From: Macrostomum lignano
Lineage: Eukaryota
NCBI GenBank assembly: GCA_002269645.1
Contig: NIVC01000197.1
Location: 620,001-684,000 of the forward strand
Direction of reading: 5' to 3'
DNA length: 64,000 nt
Shown here: positions 27,901 through 39,978 of the stretch, in pieces
How the letters are laid out: every line of letters starts with the position of its first letter
Position numbering within the stretch: the stretch's first letter is position 1
Position numbers and translations under genes: made by a program
The notes under the pieces: generated by a model
Told to the model about the DNA's origin: nothing
Seen by the model: only the letters and a program-made list of their open reading frames with translations
Database searches by the model: none

Positions 27901-30520
27901 GAGTTGCTGACACCTGATTGACGGAGAGAGGGCAGGGGAGAGAAAAGGATTGCTGACACCTGATTGGCGGAGAGCGGGCAGGGGGGAAGAAAGGCTTGCT
28001 GACACCTGATTGGCAAAGAGCAGACAGGGGAAGGAAAGGGTTGCTGACTCAGCTCGGCACCTAATTGGCGGAGAGCGGTCAGGGGAGAGAAAAGGGTTGC
28101 TGACTAAGCTTGGCACCTGATTGGCGGAGAGCGGGCAGGGGGAGAGGAAAGGGTTGCTGACTCAGCTCGGCACCTGATTGGAGAGCAAGCAAGCGCCCAT
28201 AAGCAAACCTGATGCAGGATCTCATCGGTGACCCGGCAGCCATTGATAGATCTGACGCACTGCTCGTCCATATTGCGCAGCAGAGTCTCTGTGTTGGCTC
28301 GAAGGTCAATATCATCCGGAATGGTTGGCAGGTCTAGCTTGGCAAATAGCAGATCGATGTCAACTGAGCGGAAAGTCATCTTGATGACTGGCACGAAAGC
28401 GTCGCTGACGGCGTGCAGCTCGGAACAGTCCGGGTGCTCCTTCAGACGGGCTGGGAACTGTTCGAAGAATTCGTGTCGCTCAACGAACCGAGGCGAGACT
28501 AGCACAGCGTCAACGTCGGCGCCGCGGCTGTTGACGCCGAGGCGGTAGCTACCGAATGCGAATATCTTGCCGCCAACCTGGTGCAAACAAAATATGAAGA
28601 CCAGTCTCAAAACATACTTACGGCAATATTAGTAGAGAATTGATTTGTACAGTATAAACAAATAATAACATACGAGCGACATGCGCAATCTCGAACATGA
28701 GAACCTCAAAGAACGTGACTACTATTCTGTCTAATAGCGACTTACGTGTGTTGCCGATAGAAACGGCCGGGTGAATCCCTAGTTTGCGCCCAAGCATGAG
28801 TAATAATAATAATTGATTACACCTGCCCCAATGGGCAGATATGCAACCGACAGCTCAGCCGCATCTATCATTTTTAAAATGATACCGTGACAAAAGTCGC
28901 TAAAGTCTCTAATGACTCTAGTGTGCCTGGGGCGACTCTTGTGACTTTTTAACAACTCAAGCGCGTCAAATGCGACGGAGAGGCGGCTGTTGCACTTCTG
29001 AGTCGATTAGCATGCGTTTTCTATTTGCTCAGAAATGACGATCCAGCAGTCTATTGAAGGCCGGTAGTAACGACTCTGTAACGCACCCAGAACGCCTCAG
29101 AAGTGATGCACTAACGATACTACAGTGACGCTAAAGCGCTTCTTCTGCGACTTTTTAGCGATTGCAGACGCCGCTGAAACGCTGGAAATTCGACTCTAAT
29201 TCATCAAGCGACGTAAATGCGCTTCAAACACAACTCAGTGACTCTAATGGGACTCTGGAACGCCTCAAATACGACTTTACGGCCCCAGAATCGTTATACC
29301 ATCGCCCCAGAGTCGCTAGAGTCACGCCAGAATCCTGTCAGAGTCGCAGACAATAAAACGCTTCAAAGTGATTTTGGGGCGACTCTTTTACGACTTTTTG
29401 GCGACTTGTACCGTGACATGTCGTCGTTTTAGAGTCGTTTAGAATCACTTCTTTCCTATTTGACCTATGTCGAGGGGGCCGTAGCCCAGCGGTAGGGCAG
29501 CTGCTCTGGTGTGCCAGCGACCCAGGCTCGATTCCAAGTGCAGTCACATTAATTTGGGGCTGAATTGGAATCTCGGCTTGGCTCTGCTCGTGCAATTAAC
29601 GGCCTTGAGAGCCACCCCCCAAGGCGCAGTGAAGTGTACATGCCTAACGATAAATAAAGTTAGGGCCGCTGTACACTCCTGTATGAGTGTGTGCCTGCAT
29701 ACGTATCCGCGCGCTTGTATGCCTGCTCAGGGGAGTCGGCGGAATGGGCAGCAATGCCTCTCGCCGGTTGTGTACCAATGTCGCTTAAAGTGCGCCAGGG
29801 TGCACACAACCCCCCTGCCTCTAATAAAAAAATTACCATGTCATCTGCAACGCGTCTGAAAAGACTCTGGAGCGACGCAAGTGACTCCGGGGCGCTTCTT
29901 GGACTTGGTACCGTTTTCATCAAGTATTGCGCGGCGCATTTGAAGGCTGCGTACGGCTGTTCAGTCCAAGGACTGGGGGGGTCGCCATCGCCAAACACAG
30001 CCTCAATTACCTCAGCTAATGCTGGCACCCATTTTACAGCTGGGTGAACTGAAGCAATGCAGAGTTATGCGTCTCGCTCAAGGACACAAATTGTTCCAGT
30101 GGGATCGGGAATCGAACCCCCGACCTTCAAGTCGTGAGTCCATCGTTTAAAACGCAAAAAAATCAGTTTAAGTCGATGCACAAACAAATGTGTATTTATG
30201 GCTCAAGCAAAGCGCTGGCTGTGCTTTCGGGTTTCAAAATGAAAGGCGGCCGCAATTCTCACAGTTTCAGCCACGTGACTCGGTATGGACTTGATCAGTG
30301 CAATCTCTCGAATCCATTCGCACGCCAGAGTCTGCAGGAACAGCAGAGTGCTGCTTCTCAGCATCATGCCTTCTCCGCTCTCGAATACCTCCATGCGGAT
30401 TAGCATGTCCTCCAGGTATCTGGTCTCCTTCAGGTCATCCTCAGTGGGTCCCGCCAGGCTTAGAGGAGATGTAACACCCCGGTAGAGCCGGCTCTGCTGC
30501 TGCTGAGATGTGTCTTCCAT
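24938..30520 (-). CDS. PAPOLA: Canonical nuclear poly(A) polymerase, 4 exons, 599 aa
   Basis: complement(join(24938..25227,26828..27710,28209..28577,30263..30520)); 1800 nt, phases consistent. GGKIFAFGSYRLGV, catalytic ADVD and DIDLLF, WAKKRGIYSNAMGFLGGVSWA, MPIITP.YP.QNSTYNVS, Ser/Ala-rich tail with KRP motifs. Single-copy invertebrate PAP; the paralogue name is nominal. Confidence 0.95.
25268..26788. repeat. 20-bp minisatellite filling PAP intron 3 (~76 units)
   Basis: Unit GACTCAAGCTGGGTGTCCCT with variants arranged in repeated blocks. Confidence 0.97.
27711..28185 (-). repeat. 45-57-bp tandem repeat forming PAP intron 2; each unit carries a pyrimidine tract plus AATCAG|GTG
   Basis: Ten AG positions at plus-strand 27711, 27761, 27818, 27869, 27914, 27960, 28006, 28061, 28117 and 28174. 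Confidence 0.9.
28869..29924. mobile_element. Unclassified non-autonomous DNA element inserted in SINE-B, rich in GACTC/GAGTC motifs
   Basis: Flanked by duplicated TAT (single in the intact SINE); degenerate TIR (12/18 match); contains a SINE-A copy. Confidence 0.55.
29473..29832 (+). mobile_element. tRNA-derived SINE (family A), copy 1
   Basis: Head GGGGCCGTAGCCCAGCGGTAG...GGCTCGATTCC (A- and B-box); ~360 bp; ends CCTCTAATAAAAAAA; highly similar to 37221..37584. Confidence 0.88.
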
Positions 30521-31329
30521 AGCTAAGATGCTGCTTTGGAGAGAACTGGGTGAATACTGGCTGATTAGCCAATAGAAGCAGCAGGTCAGGCGCAGAACAA
30601 TAGCAGGTTTTTCACTGTTTCAAGCATGAAAGCAGAGCCAGTTGACAGAAATTTTTAAACAGAGATCAACCTAAGACAATCATCAAATTTTATTAGCTCT
30701 GTGCCAACACTTTATTTATAGTAACAGAATATATTTTACTTAATGGGGCATACTACTCTTCAACAGTACATATTGTGCCATTTTGTGAAGTATAAAGTCC
30801 ATATACTAAAAATGAAAAGCTTGTTTGTACGCAATCGATTTATCAACATATTTTCCTTACTTTTTATACATGACCAAATACTTTGCTAGACTGTAATTAT
30901 TTGATATGTTTCAGCTTCAGATTATAAATTTGGCAAAAAAGTTAGAGCATTTAATGCATAAAATGATAGACAAAAATTGGTATAAAATGCATGATAAATT
31001 AGGATTTGAAACCTTTGAAACTTTTCTCCTTTCCTAACTCTTCTTTCCTCTCTACTCTTGCTACTTTCCTCTATTATCTCTCCTCCCTATTTTCTTTTCT
31101 CCTCTCATGTATTATCTTGTCTTCTCTTTCCTCTCTTTTCTCCTCTCTTTTCTCCTCTCTTTTCTCCTCTCTTTTCTCTCCTCTCTACTTTCCATTGCTC
31201 TTATTTTTTTTCTTTTTTACACATTTTTCAAAAGCATTTAAATTTTAAAGTTCCAGATAAGAATCTGATAAGGTTTGCATATTTACTTGTGCTGTTATAT
31301 AAAACAGCAATATATAATGCAAATTGTAT

Positions 31330-32500
31330 TGAGTCATCGAGGAGGCGCGCACGCGCCAGTCAAGCCTGATTGTGGTCTTCGTCGACTTCAGGAAGGCTTT
31401 CGACTCGGTTGCCAGAAGCGCGCTTCCACTGGTGCTCAGAGCGTACAACGTGCCGCAGCAACTGGTCAGTGCTACGATGGCGCTGTACCAGAACACCAGA
31501 GCTGCGGTGGTGACGCCAGACGGCCTCTCGGACACCTTCGACACGTCATCCGGAGTGCTCCAGGGAGACACGCTGGCGCCTTTCCTGTTTGTACTGGTTC
31601 TGGACTGGGTGCTGCGGACTGCCCTACCAACAGCCGACGATGGCTTCCTCCTGCAACGCCGTGTGGGTCGCCGCCAGCCAGAGCGTCGCCTCAGCATCCT
31701 GGGCTACGCCGATGATCTCGCCCTGCTGTCCTCAACCGTCGAGGGCGCCCAACGTCAGCTGGACCGTCTGGTTGGCGTTGCTGCGAGCGTCGGCCTGGTG
31801 ATCAACACGCAAAAGACCGTCGTGCTCATCATGCCCACCAACATCCAAGCCGAAATCTACTGCCGAGGCGCTGATGGGCAGGCAACGCTGCTGCCGCGCG
31901 TTCAGCAGTTCGTGTACCTCGGCGGCCTGGTACCTGACGCCTTCGACGACCTGAGGCGTCGACGTGGACTCGCTTGGGCGGCCTTCAACTCCATGAGGAC
32001 CGTCCTGCACTCTGTGGCCCTGCCAGACCGCCAGCGCTCGGCGTTGTTCCAGGCGGTGATCGAGACCGTCCTGCTCTACAACGCTGAAACATGGACGCTG
32101 ACGGAGACGCTCGAGCGACAGGTCGACGCGGCGCACGCCGGCCTGCTGCGCGCTGCCTTCAAGATGGCGGCGGCGAGCATGTCACCTACTCGGCGCTGTA
32201 CGCCCGAGCTCGCCTGGCCCGCCCCAGCGATCTGCTCCGCCGCCGGCGGCTCCAGCTGACAGGCCACCTCATCCGCGCTGAGGCGTACTGCCCCGAGCCG
32301 GCGCAGGAAGCGCTGCTGCTTGCGCTCCCGGCGCCCTTCTGGCGGGGGCAGGCGCGCACTTGGTGGTATCCGGACTGCCTGCTGGCCGATGCTGGCGCCC
32401 CCGACCAGGCCGGTGGACCGGCCTTCTCCGCTCCCGTGCTCTGAGGCGCGACCTGTGACGCCCAACACCGACCCTGGGGCGTAACTTGTTGTTGTTGTTG
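31330..32500 (+). mobile_element. 5'-truncated non-LTR retrotransposon (RTE-like), RT C-terminal half with a frameshift
   Basis: FVDFRKAFDS, GVLQGDTLAPFLF, YADD, FVYLG, LLYNAETWTL; RRRLQLTGH continues in a second frame after ~32170; ends in a (TTG)n tail. Confidence 0.9.
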
Positions 32501-33313
32501 TTATAACAAAAAACACTAATTTTTTATCACTGCAACATGTATAGGGGTATGCTATTTTACCTAACTTATTTCTATATTGTTTTTAAATGAAAAATAAAAA
32601 ATAGAGCTATCTTTTTTACTTTTTCAAAATAAAAAACTAGGACCTATAACTTACTATAGGAATTTGCATATATTTTTATGATATCAATTTTAGTAAGCAA
32701 CAAGTTCTAGGCAAAGCTTTTTATACCATATATAATCATTTTGTATAGGAAATCAAATGGAAAATTGAAAACCATGCCAAAACCACCAAAATACAAAAAT
32801 GATTTGATTTTTAATGGCCAAAAATATTAACTAAAATTTAAAAAATATTTTTTTTATTATAAAAATGTTTCAAATAGTAAATTTATTATAAAATAGTTTT
32901 TTAATTGTTTTAACTCGTTTTTCTATATTTCTATACAAAAAATCAATTTTTTATTTTTATAGTACCCTTTTTTATGAATTTGGACACAATTTCTAGTTTT
33001 TAATAAAAAATATGTTTAGTTTAAAAAATTTAACTTTTTAACCAATAAACCAATCTATTTATAGCTCGTATAATACATTGTTAGAAAATATTTTTCCTAT
33101 AAATATTTTATATTGCTTATTAAGTTATTTCTTTTTCTTAGTTATACTTATTGAGGTTATTTTTTAAACTAGAAAATGTGCATTATTTTACTTTTTTATT
33201 TTCACATTTCTGTCTCAGTAAACTCACTAATTTAACTTTGCAGGATGAAAGAAATGTCTTGTAGCTTTCTCTTCCCTTTTATTATCTAAATGTCATGTCA
33301 TTCATAGTCCTAA

Positions 33314-34085
33314 TCATGCTAGGTGCACGCTTAAACAAAAATTGAATAATTACAAATGCACACCAAAAAATGTATATATATAGACCCATTCCCAAAACTA
33401 TATCAGTGTTGCAACAATAAATGAACTTTTTTGAATTGCGTAAGAGAACCTTTTTGGCAGAATAAATTTGGTTTATTTTTCAGATTTTTCAGTGATACTT
33501 TTTATAGTGAAAAATTGATACACACAAAGATTTGTTTAAATGCCTTTTTATAAGCTTAAAAATCTAGAAATCTTGAAAATAAAGCTTTAATTTTCTTTAT
33601 CTTTTTTCTACTTAACACTTACTCTTCTATGTGATTCTATTAAGTGCACGCAAGATGTGCATGCATACAATTCCATAGTCTGGATCATGCTAGGTGCACA
33701 CTTAAACAAAAATTAAATAATTACAAATAAAAACATACCAAAAAAACTTGCATGCATGCCTATTCCCAAAACTACGCTAGTGTTGCGACAATAAATGACC
33801 TTTTTTACATTGTGACAATAAATGACCTTTTTTGAATTATGTATTAGACTTTTTGGCTTGGCATATAATTTCATTGATTTTTATAGTTTTTCAATGATAC
33901 TAATTATAGCAGAAAATAAATATGTAAAAATTTGTGTAAATACTTTATAATAAGCTTAAAAGACTATAAAACTTATGCTATAAGTTTTAAAAAGACTATA
34001 AAATTTATGCCTTTAAATGAACTTTTTTATCTTTTTTCTACTTAATACTAATTCTACCGCATGATTCTATAAAGTGCATGCCACA
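33314..34085. repeat. Old diverged tandem duplication (~370 + ~400 bp) in AT-rich block
   Basis: ATCATGCTAGGTGCAC.CTTAAACAAAAATT at 33314 and 33684 with colinear downstream sequence; third partial start near 34086. Confidence 0.75.
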
Positions 34086-36946
34086 ATGCTAGGTGTGCAT
34101 GCACACTATTTTCTTAAGAGCAATGCATGTCAATTGTGCACGCCTATTTTTTGAGTGCATGGCCAATGCATGCCCAAATTTTTGGATATATACTATATAA
34201 TCCAGAGTGTGGACACCTTTTTTTAGGAGTGATACATACCAACTATATATGCCTACTTTTGGCAGGCAAGACCAATGCATGCCCAAATTTTTAGACATAT
34301 ATTATATAATCCAGAATATGTTATGTCATAGGCTATAGCATATATGCCCAACCTCAAAATTTCATCCATCTGGTGCAACTTAGTTTTGTCCAGATTTGCA
34401 ACTTAGTTCTCCTTGATTACAACTTAGTTCTCCCAATTGCAACTTAATTTTCACTTTATATATGACTTTTCTTGCCTTTTTCTCTTTTTTCTCTTTTTTT
34501 CTCATTCTTCTTTCTTTTTTCTCTCTTTTCCCTCCTTTCTTTTCCTTTTCTATTCCTTTCCTCTCCTTTTCTCCCCTAATTTTCTTGATTTTGGGACTTA
34601 CCTTGGTTGGCTGCCATTTCACTTGTCTGGTTTGGACAGGTGTTGGGCATGTATGGGCTATAGTATAGGGCTAATATAAGGGGTGGCGTGGCCATTGTTA
34701 AGAAAGACTACTTATCAATCATTTGCCAATAGCCTAATACTAAATAATAGGTAAATGAATTCATTCTGTATAAATTACTATCAAAGAAATTATAAATATG
34801 GACTAACTTTCATTTTTCTATTTATAGGCCTAAGTAGAATAGGCAGGGCCTATAGCTATAGTAGGCCTATATATTTAAATAAAGTGAGAAAAAATGATTC
34901 ACAACAATAAAAAGTTTAAATAGCTATTGCTTTGCCATAGGCCTATTCATAGCAAGTTGCTTTGTTGTAGCTATTTTCTTGAAAAAACTGCCACACAGGT
35001 AAGTGCTTTGGTCAAGCCATGAATTGCAATGATTAAACCTAGGCCTGCCCTATATAGAAATGTCTAGCTAAACTCACTGTTAGAAGCAGAAGCACTTGAT
35101 ATTTACTATTTGTAATATATTAATGGGGCCTATATCAAATGCCAATTCCATGGCTCCTCCTAGTTTGTGGGAATTAGCAGCCCCAAATCCATGTTCCATA
35201 AACCAGATTCTTAATGCTTTAAGTCTCCTAAAGCCTCCAAGGACCAAGGCTCCTGCCGCTCCTAAAGGCTAAAGCTCCAAAGCCTCCTAAGTTAAAGCCT
35301 CATTACTCAATCTGAGCACAATGTGTTCGCGAATGCTTAAGCGCCCCCACCTTTCTTCAAGATATGCCGTGTTATCCGGGTATCCCATCCTAGACTCCCT
35401 CATTTGAGGCACAATCCCACAATCCATAAAAATTTCTACTCTTCAAACACAAACTTCTCAGTCCTTAATCCCCTAATTCCTTCCCTTCATTTATGAGCCA
35501 CAACACCAATACTCAACTCTTGACTTGCTCCAAATCTTTGCCTCCATCTCTACTGCTATGGCTAATCTGCTTCTCGAAGAATTTTACAGTGTGTGTGGCA
35601 TGTTGTTGAGCTGACGATATGCGATAACTGAAATTTAAATAAATTTTTGATAATTTAAATCTTAAAAAGTTCGTAGAAAGATGCGATAAAACAACAAAAT
35701 GTCAATCCAACAAAGTTTACGAACGACAATAAAACTCTGTAAAAATAATGCGTAAATATATATGAAATGGTCTGTCATATGAAAAAAAACTTTTTTAATA
35801 CTGACAGACCAATTTAACCTGAAAAATCGATTAATACATCGTTAAGGCAGCATGTGAGGCACAAAATAGCGTGATTAGAACTTTCTCTGACACTGTTAAG
35901 AGACTCAATCACTGTTTTAGTGTTGAAAATCGTGAAATTTCAAATTTCCGTAATGTATTTTTCCGGTGAAACCTGCTTTAAAACTATTTCCGAAGGAAAA
36001 GCTTTATGAATATCGATATAGAGCAATAAGAAAGGCACAACATATCAAAAGATGAACACTGGATCTGCCTCCTATCAAAAGCAAAAACAATTTTTGTGCT
36101 GAAAAAATTAAAACCTCCTATCTCTGTAGTGTATTTTCGGCGAAAAGTTGCCTTCAAAACATTTACCATAGATTTCGAGTGTTGCGTCCTTCTACTAAAT
36201 TGTCCTTGGTAGCACATATAGAGAAGACGGCCGGATAGGTGGTTCAGTTCCAAGCAGCAATAAAACTCAGCGGTTTAAAAGAAACTAACTGATTTGTTTT
36301 AGTGGAACACGTCGATTCTGATTCATGGCTATAAGCCGATTTCTTTAAACGCACTTCCATTATTCTGATTTCCTGAGCTTGTTGCTACTACCCAAACATG
36401 AGAAGCCGAGTGATCCTAATCCGGGGAAACCTCAAAAAGTGATAGGGTGCGACCATAATTCATCTGATACTGATACAAAATGATTTCTGTGTTTCAGCAA
36501 AGTCAAGTTCAAAATCCGGGTCTATGAAATTTGCTTGCGAGAAGTTTGCTTGCCGAAGTTTGCATGCAGGAACTTTGCTTGCCGAAATTTGCTTGCAGAA
36601 ATTTTGCTTGCCGAGGTTTGACAGCCTAAGTTTTCTTGAGGAACCTTAAAGAACTTATTTTTGAGCTCTTGTGTATTTTTAATTTTTGTTTTCTAAGTTT
36701 CGTGGAAGTCGCCTCAGTGTTATGATTTTGTATGAGGATATGGCGGATTTGAAAAGGCCTAACGCTGAAATCGAATAATTTAGTTTTCTACAGGGAATAT
36801 ATTTTCAACAAAAAATTGGACACAATTTCGAACAATACACATATCGAATGATTTAGGCAGCAAAATGTACAGAATAGATTTTTTTGCAAATGAATGTACC
36901 ACCGATCTGTGAATTACTACACATCATGACTCGTTAGGATACCCTA

Positions 36947-37072
36947 AAACCCTAATGCCCTAATGCCCTAATACCCTAATGCCCCAATACCCTAATGCCC
37001 TAATACCCTAATGCCCTAATACCCTAATGCCCTAATACCCTACCCTAATGCCCTAATGCCCTAATACCCTAA
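36947..37072. repeat. 8-bp telomere-like array CCCTAAT(G/A)
   Basis: About 15 units, each containing CCCTAA. Confidence 0.9.
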
Positions 37073-37220
37073 TTATCAGTTCGACGCTGATAAGAATCCA
37101 CTTGCAAAGCATCTGTAGTAAGTAATAATTGATTGACCAACTTCACAAGCAATCAAAGCAAACAAGCAAAAAAGAAAATAATTCGGCAAGTTAAAACCTT
37201 GCAATTGTAATTGGGAATTT

Positions 37221-37584
37221 AGGGGGCCGTAGCCCAGCGGTAGCGCAGCTGCTCTGGTGTGCCGCGACCCAGGCTCGATTCCAAGTGCAGCCACATTAAT
37301 TTGGGGCTGGATTGGAATCTTGGCTTGGCTCGCTTGTGCAATTAACGGCCTTGAGAGCCAACCCCCCAAGGCACAGTGAAGTGTACATGCCTAACAATAA
37401 AATAAAGTTAGGGCCGCTGTACACTCCTGTGTGAGTGTGTGCCTGCGTAACGTATCCGCGCGCTTGTATGCCTGCTCAGGGGAGTCGGCGGAATGGGCAG
37501 TAATGCCTCTCGCCGGTTGTGTGCCAATGACGCTTAAATTGCGCCAGGGTGCACACAACCCCCCTGCCTCTAATAAAAAAAAAA
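37221..37584 (+). mobile_element. tRNA-derived SINE (family A), copy 2
   Basis: Perfect 12-bp TSD AATTGGGAATTT (37209..37220 and 37585..37596), A-tail, Pol III boxes. Confidence 0.93.
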
Positions 37585-38489
37585 AATTGGGAATTTCTAG
37601 GAAGCAGACATCAAAATTCCGCAAGCAAATTTCGGCAAGCAAAATTCGCGTCGGCAAGCAAAGTTCGGCAAGCAAATATTCGCAAGCAAATGCCGTACTC
37701 CCCCAAAATCCACATGAAAATATTCTCGTATATTACATCGGGGATGAAGAGGAACTGCAATAGGGTAACCCGCGAGAAGATTACCACTTTTACACTTCTA
37801 AAATTACACTTCTAGGGATAAAGCTCAAGGCTATCAATCCGAACAATAGGCCGAAATCTCATGTGCTTGATGGCCTGTCAAAAATGAGAAAAAACAAGTC
37901 ACGTGATTCTCGGAAAGACAAAGGAAAAGCAGGGAAGATAGAAGAGAGGGAAGGAAAGAATAGAGAAAATAGAAGAAAGGAAGAAAATGCCATTCCAACT
38001 TGCAGTAGTGAGTACTGTACAGGGGAAGGAGTTCATGTGCCATCACATCAGTGCTGAAAGTCAGTCCTCATCAGAAATGGACATACAAATGGATCTTAAA
38101 TTGCACCAGTATTTTTCACTATCCAGAGGCTTTTCACTACTAAAAGTAGTAGTTTTGCAAACCACATGGTTCCATCTATTTTAGAAAAAATCTACCGATT
38201 ATTACTATGCTACCGATGTAATAAAAATTCAGATTTACTTAGGTTTCAGGTTTATACGAGTAGTTTTGGTGCAAACTAATGATTGGTCAAGATTGATTAT
38301 TTAAGAATTTATTTGCGATGTTTTCCGTAGTCGATCTGAATCATCAATTGCGACTTAAAATGTGACTTAATGAGCCCTCTCTAGGTCAGGCCCGCGAAGC
38401 CTCTATCCGGCTTCTATCTCTCCGCTCTCCTTTGAAAATTCACCATAGCAACAATCCGGTTTGCTCAAGGCTTGTTTCTTCTCCGCTGT

Positions 38490-38790
38490 CTTTTGTTCTC
38501 TCTCCTCTTTCCCCTCTTCTCTCTCCCCTCTCCTCTCTTCCCTCTTCTCTCTCCTCTTTCCCCTCTTCTCTTTCCCATATCCTCTCTTCCCTCTTCTCTC
38601 TCTTCTTCTCTCTTCTCTCCTCTCTCCTGTCTCCTTTCTTCTCTTCCCTCTCCTTCTCTCCTCTCTCCTTTTCCCCTTCCAATTCTCTGTCCTCTCTCCC
38701 TCTCATCTTATCGTCTCTCTTATCTCTTCTCTCATCCATTTCTCGCCTCGCTTCTTTTCTCTCATCTCCTATTCCTCTCTCCTTTCCTCT
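38490..38790. repeat. CT-rich low-complexity tract
   Basis: Visible polypyrimidine run; similar tracts at 31060-31200 and 34450-34590. Confidence 0.85.
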
Positions 38791-39628
38791 CTAATCTGGC
38801 CCGCAGCCATGAACTGGATTTTTTATCTGGCCCTTGAGGTAAAAAAGTTTCGCAATCCCTGCTTTAGGTTCTCAGCCAGAAAGGTGTCACAAGGGGAGCT
38901 ACACTTGTGCAAAGTTCTGTTTGTTTTTCTCTGCATTGGCCACGTGCCAAGAAAGGGGATAGAGATAGAATAGAGGGAAGAAAACGAGAGACAAGGGCAG
39001 CGAGAGGACGAATCCGGCGCATTTCAACGCGCGCCTCCCCTCTCGTCCTTCCCTCCCGCGGGTCTACTGCACCGGCGCATGCTTACTTCCAGCAGGGACC
39101 TCCCGTCCAGCCAATTCAAGCAGCAAGCCGCGTGCATGTGCGGACTGAAAGGAGAGACAGTCCTCACACTACGCTGGAGAGGATTATTAAGCTGCGCGTG
39201 GTATAAGCGTGTGCTGGAAATTCAGTGCACTACGTACACTACTGCTGTGGGGATTCCGGGGCTGGCTCGATGCCAAGTCCCGGGAGGGGAACTACAGCAT
39301 GCAAGCAAGGATCTGCGCGGACTTGCTGACTCAGAGCCCGCCTACGCACTGTGTGCTAAGCTAAGGGAAATGCTTCTTGGTTCTTGTCGGCGAGCATGCA
39401 GGAGGATTGGGTAGAACAGTTGCCAAAAATCCTCTCTCATCAGCTAGAAGTGCACGCGGTTCCTTTCCAGTGTCACTTGAAAGCTATATAGAAGTTTATA
39501 CATGTAAGTAAGCGCAAGCACATCCAGTGGGAGTTACGCTAAGTGCGTTTGCACCCAAATTTACAAGTGCTACATTGCTACATGTAAGAGTAAGCCACGT
39601 GTGCAGCATATAAGCATAAACTGCAGTG

Positions 39629-39978
39629 CAGGCGCGTCGCCACCGGGGACAGGGGGGCATGTCCCCCCAGTAAAAGCTATGGGGGGGCATGCTAATGTTT
39701 TGTCCCCCACACCCCACCTTGTGACTCGTTGTGGTAATCAAAAATTTTTCTTTAGGGCGCCAAAATATAGCGCCTTCGGCGCCAAAAGGATCGATGCTTG
39801 CGGCGCCAAAAGGAATGCCTGCGGCGCTAAAATGAGTGCCTGCGGCGCCAATATGAGTAAATGAGCGCTGACAACACGATTCTCAAAATAATGGAAGTGT
39901 TGGAATTTAGTCATGTACATGTACATGTTCAAATCTTGGTTCTGTCCCCCCGCCATAAAATCCATGGCGACGCCCCCG
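39629..39978. mobile_element. ~350-bp MITE, possibly hAT-like, with a short internal 21-bp repeat
   Basis: TIR CAGGCGCGTCGCCA / TGGCGACGCCCCCG; imperfect 8-bp TSD CTGCAGTG/CTGCAATA; related copy at 45984. Confidence 0.7.

Larger units (their letters stand above)
28800..30150 (-). mobile_element. tRNA-derived CORE-like SINE (family B), split by a 1.06-kb insertion
   Basis: Pieces 28800..28868 and 29925..30150 are colinear with the intact copy at 58915..59212; B-box GGTTCGATTCC; (TTA)n tail. Confidence 0.8.
36529..37691. mobile_element. Foldback/MITE-like element with inverted arrays of a 13-14-bp motif
   Basis: (TTTGCTTGCCGAA)n at 36529-36620 is mirrored by (TTCGGCAAGCAAA)n at 37615-37691. 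Confidence 0.6.

Noticed and set aside
35150-35300. K/A/P-rich patch resembling a histone H1 tail
   Set aside because: Short, broken by stops and frameshifts, no globular domain.
38885-39480. GC-rich island starting TGTCAC as a solo LTR
   Set aside because: No convincing terminal CA with TSD; could be a promoter or other repeat; unresolved.
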